DNA of 64,000 bases from Raillietiella orientalis (Eukaryota): contig JAYWIR010000028.1 in assembly GCA_036172245.1 (NCBI GenBank), positions 992,001 through 1,056,000 on the forward strand, in the 5' to 3' direction. Every line of letters starts with the position of its first letter. Within the stretch, counting starts at the first letter, position 1. Positions 59,831 to 64,000 of this stretch are shown in pieces. Under the pieces are notes generated by a model. The model searched no databases, was not told the DNA's origin, and saw only the letters and a list, made by a program, of their open reading frames with translations. Both the position numbers and the translations under genes were made by a program.

Positions 59831-60066
59831 GACCCTGAACAACAACGAGCTCTCGTTCCTGCACAAGGACCTCTTCGCCGGGATGAACAAGCTGCGCAAC
59901 GTCAGGCTGGCGGAGAACAGATTCTCCTGTGACTGCTCCCTCGCCTGGATCGTTTCCTGGTCCAGGAGAAACCCTCGGACGATCCAAGGGGGCGTGTGCA
60001 GCTCCCCGGTCAACCTGAAGGGGAGGAATTTCGCCGATCTCCACGAGTCCCACTTGAAGTGCGACG
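59831..60066 (+). CDS. slit: Slit D1 last LRRs plus LRRCT cap: (L)TLNNNELSFLHKDLFAGMNKLRNVRLAENRFSCDCSLAWIVSWSRRNPRTIQGGVCSSPVNLKGRNFADLHESHLKCD
   Basis: Acceptor tctctcccttcctccAG (AG 59829-59830), donor GTAGGA at 60067, 236 nt, phase 2-1. Has the LRRCT cysteine pattern NxFxCDCxLxW...CxSPxxLKGxxxADL...C. This is the real core of ORF 59751..60596. Confidence 0.96.
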
Positions 60067-63000
60067 GTAGGAGGATTCGAGACGCGGGGTTGGGCTCCCT
60101 TTTCGGACGGCGCGGACTCTCTTCCAGCTTCTCTGTCCCCCTTCTCTCGTTCTCTATTTATTTATTTATTTCTCCCTCTCGACCAAAGGGGAAAGAGGAG
60201 AAGGGATCTGGGCGGGTGGCTTCGAGGATTTCGGTTTCAAATGGCGGGAACGCTTCCCTGGACACATTTTCGGAGAGCGAGATTCCCGTTTCCTCCATTC
60301 CCGGTCGCCACGGTTTCCTCCCGTCTTCACAGGTTCTGCACGCGTGCCACCACTACGCAGACCACCTCGCGGGGAAAAGTCTGGAATGTGTCGAACTTTG
60401 CGCTTCACCCCATTCCCCCACCCTGGAACTCAAAAGTCGCGCGCTCCCAGCCTCCTCCCTCCTCCTCCTGCTTTTCTCCCCCACTTTCCGCCTCCTCGTC
60501 TCCGTTCCTGCGACCGGCAGCCAAGCAAAGGAACAGCAGGGCAGGCGGATTCGCCGCCCCCGTCGGCGAAGGCGGGTCAGTGAGATGCCTCGTTAGTTTT
60601 CGCCACTGAGGTTCATGAGCTCGTCGCCAGGGGGTGGTCGTGCAGGTTCTCACCTTCCCACCTTTCCGGCTCCAGGAAAAACGGCTGTCCACATCCACCC
60701 ACCCACCCCGCCTGCGCGGGGACAGGAAGGATGCGCGCTGCGGGTACCATCTTCATGGGATCTTCCTTCACGGCGCCATCTTCTTCCAGCGGGGTCCCCG
60801 CGTTAAGTACGCGCGTCCTCATCTCTCGTACCGAAAGAACATGTTGCTTGTGTTTCTTATGTACTCGCAACTGCGGGTATCTGGGGAATGGGGCCGTTTC
60901 CCCTCGGGCAGCCGGAATGCCCCTTGCGGGATACGCGAAGAGGCTCGCCTTCTGTCCTTCCTCCTCGGTCCCCCCTCTGCCCTCTTCTACCCGGCACCTC
61001 AGTGCTGAAGGACGGACTGGCGCCGTTCGCTGCGGAAAGCGCTCGGCGGCAGTTCTCCGGAAGCCCTGCGGCTGCCCCGCGTTTGCGTCAGCAGGTGACC
61101 CCCGGCGCCTACCTTCTCCCCATCTTTCCGGGAGGCAACTACGCACTCTCCTGCTTCATGCCATGGTGTCCCCGTGCGCTCCTCCTGGCGGCCCTGTCCT
61201 TCCCTCGCTCTAACCACCGTGCCTGAGGGAAGGAAAAGGAGGTTTTCCCGCACCGGCAACCGAGACAGCGCTGCTCCCCCTCCCGCGAGCTGCTGGGGAG
61301 GACGCGCCAAGACAGGGAGCAGCCTCCTTCGCTTTATGCGCTCTTTGCTCTCCGTTGCGCAACGTCACCTGCACTCAGCAAAAAAAAAAAAAAAAAAGGT
61401 TCCAGGAATGAGGCACGCGCTGTTTCTGTTGGCTTTCCGCTCCTCGTTTCCGGATGATCGATGGGCTGGAGGTTCCGCTCATCCATCGTCACAGCCGCAT
61501 GCCCTATTCCTCCTCCTCCTCCCTGCCTGTTCCTCACTTTTTCGTCCTCCTCTTCCCCTCATCCACCACCATTTCTACTCTACGAATGCGGGTTCCTCCT
61601 CGTGCTCGCTCAGCCGGCGTCTCCTGTGCACCGCACCAAGGCGCTCGCGTTCCGAGAGCGTGCACGGTCACGGCCCTGTCGACGCGCGCCATTTTTACTC
61701 CCTGGCCCCACCTTCTCCCCCTTTTCCCATGAAAGGAGGTCGTGGAAGGCGCTCCTCGGCATCGGAGGGAACCCTCACTCCCCCCCCCCCCTCTGACCCA
61801 CCGGGACGCCTCGAGGTCCGGCACCGTGCGCGCCTCCTCTCGTCTCAGTGATCGACCTGTGAGGCGCCGTTGGGTCTTCGCCGGTGTTTCGACCGGCGTG
61901 CAGCTGCTGCTGCTGTCCGCGCCTCTGCCTCCGCCTCTGGAAGATCCCTTCTCACGCTCGTCGGCCATTGGCTCTCAGGAAACTCGATCGTCAGGTTTTT
62001 CCTTGGAGGCAGCGACTGCACCGACTCCGTTCCTCCCAAACGTCCTCTCGTCAGCTACAGCGAAATCCCTCTCTTCCGTTCCTTTTCGTGCCCTCTTCTT
62101 CTCGCTCCTCTCCCCTCCCCCTCTCTGCTTCTTTAGGAGGACCTGACATGGGACCGCCTTTGCTGCGTCCTCAGGGTCTCGAGGGGGTCCATGGCTCCCT
62201 TCGAAAGTTCGTTGCTCTCCTCGTTGAGGTACCAAGCGCACGCTCCGCAATACGTATCTCTTGGCGCGCGCAACCTTGCCCTGGAGCCTATTCTTTAGGA
62301 AGAGAGGGAAATGGAGTTCTTATCGCCTTTTTTTTTGGGGGGGGATCTTCCGCGATGAGCAGGCCGCAGCAGGGACCTTCTCCCTGAGACGAGATTGGCT
62401 GGAGGGCCGAGACACGTGGCTCGCCCCTGCTTGTGACCCGGGAAAATCGCAGAGCTAGAGGATGTGGATGGAGTGGAATGGAGGATGGAAGGCGCGAGGT
62501 CATCCGGACTGGAGCTGTGTTGCTTTTCTCACTGCCGAAGGCTGATTCTTTGAGGAATCCGGTCTGTTGCTTAGCGATGCAGCAGCAGAGCCGCGAGGAG
62601 TTGCGGGGAAGCGGATCCAAGCTTCCCCCACCCCCATTTTTCGTTCCGCACCGCGGGCCTCAGGGCATCCTACCTGCATCCCAACAAGTGAACAAGCTGA
62701 TTAGTTAGGGGCCTTCGAAGAGATGCAGGGTGGCATGCAGGGGCTCGAACCGGTGAGAGGAAGAAGGCTGAGACGAGAACCTCGCAAAAAGCGCCGTATG
62801 CCCAACGCCATGGCCTCGCCGTCCCTTTTGCATCCGCATCCTCCGGAGGCAGTTTTCCCTTCGCGGTAGCCGGGATGAGTCTTCTTGCTGCTGCTTCTGC
62901 CACCATCGCCGGTTTATGGACGTTTCCCGACGATCACCGCGCAGGTCGCCTGTGAGGACCACTAGGGGGCGCGCCTTCAGTCTTTCAGATGTGCGTGGAG

Positions 63001-64000
63001 TAGTCGCAGGGTCTTCCCGGGCGAGCCGAAGTGGCCGACTACGCTGGTCGTGACGCCGGCGCTGCGACTTGGGGAACGCGCGCAAGGAAGGACCCGTGCC
63101 TACGACTCGTGTCCTTCGGGAACGTCTGGTCTTTCCCCGCTCGAACCCAGGAGAGCAAGGAACACCTGAAACAGCCCTCTGGAGTTGCGCAGGTGCTCCC
63201 GAGGGAAACCGGGATCAGGCAGCCGCCGCGGTGTGCGCCTCCTTCATGGATGGCGGAATCGCCTGAAGACCAGGAGCCCAACGGTGGACAGGAGCGAGGG
63301 GAGAGGAGGGGCGTTGGATGCACGAGCGGTTTTATGTGAAACGGGACATCAGTTTCCTGGCGCTTGCGCAGCAAGGTGAACCCCGAGTTCCGCATCTCCG
63401 CGAAAGGCGTGCTGCATCTTCCAGCCTCCTCGCGGAGAGCCCAACGTGCATGTCGTGAAGCGCCTACAAATTTGTGCCTCAAGAACGTGCGCGTGCGCAC
63501 CATTTCCACGCGTGCATAGTGCATAGGTCCAGCAAAACTCCCGGAGTTCCATTTGAACCGTCATTTTCCTTCGTGGTTTCCTATGCACGAGCCCGGCACA
63601 CGTGCACGACGCCCGGGGGAGAGGGAGGGATAGGAGGCTGGGCGGACCAGCGCGTCCTTTCTCCCCAGGAAACAGAACAGTCTTGGAGCTTTCGAAAATG
63701 GGAGAGCCAGAAGGAAGGCGAGGTCGGGAAACCTAAAGTAAAGGAAGCGGATTCCACGCAGCACCTCTTGATGGCGCAGAGTTTTCCCCTCATCAGCGTA
63801 AAGGGGATAACGGCAGTTAGCGGGCAAAGCTGCAGGTCGCTGCCGACGCCGCTCTCCTCGTGGACCTTGCGTTTCAGCAAACTGTCCGCAGGCCAAGAAA
63901 GAAACTTCCGTCTCCTCCAGCCAGAACGAAGGGCGCATCGTAGACGACAGGAGGGAATGCTTCAGAGGGAGACGAGCCCAGAACTGTGCGGAAGAGTGAG

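Noticed and set aside
62725..62820. B-box-like GGTTCGAGCCC on the - strand (also GGTTCGATCC near 39035-39044)
   Set aside because: There is no cloverleaf and no convincing homology to the SINE body. At most these are highly decayed remnants.
1..64000. Hundreds of 60-350 aa ORFs in the six-frame track, read as a prokaryotic gene set or operon
   Set aside because: They overlap in all frames, are Arg/Ser/Pro/Gly-rich and low in complexity, and show no recognisable domains. This is expected from GC-rich intronic DNA. Only the spliced LRR exons are supported.
60067..64000. Next slit exon (D2 LRRNT), and likewise a first signal-peptide/LRRNT exon in 1-5390
   Set aside because: No CPxxCxC...VDC-type exon with correct splice phase was found, so both are presumably outside the window.

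Overview
This is eukaryotic (animal, probably arthropod-like) genomic DNA, GC-rich, CpG-rich and full of homopolymer runs. Almost all of the supplied ORF track is spurious. The window lies inside one large + strand gene, slit. Six coding exons with canonical AG/GT boundaries (5393-5464, 10745-10816, 20290-20361, 51772-51843, 59675-59746, 59831-60066; five are exactly 72 nt, phase 2-2) splice in frame. They encode the first LRR domain (D1) and its LRRCT cap: (L)DLQANNLTTIAFSDFRGLKKLKIL/QLMDNQIHTIEKGAFADLSSIERL/RISGNRLMQVPDHIFSSLLLLYRV/DLSNNQLGSIGKKMFRGMGSVKIL/NLENNRLTCIDEGALKGLRDLETL/TLNNNELSFLHKDLFAGMNKLRNVRLAENRFSCDCSLAWIVSWSRRNPRTIQGGVCSSPVNLKGRNFADLHESHLKCD. About 99% of the window is intron, including one of 31.4 kb. 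The signal-peptide/LRRNT exon and the D2 exons were not found and are presumably outside the window. The introns contain three long inverted-repeat pairs (one MITE-like), a diverged direct repeat, a 34-bp minisatellite and microsatellites. The most unusual feature is a pair of copies of a tRNA-headed, SINE-like element (19455-20005 and 54862-55716, both - strand) whose body is an array of structurally conserved bulged hairpins. Weaker leads are candidate cryptic, poison and alternative first exons, a possible recursive splice site, and a miR-218-resembling segment in the long intron.
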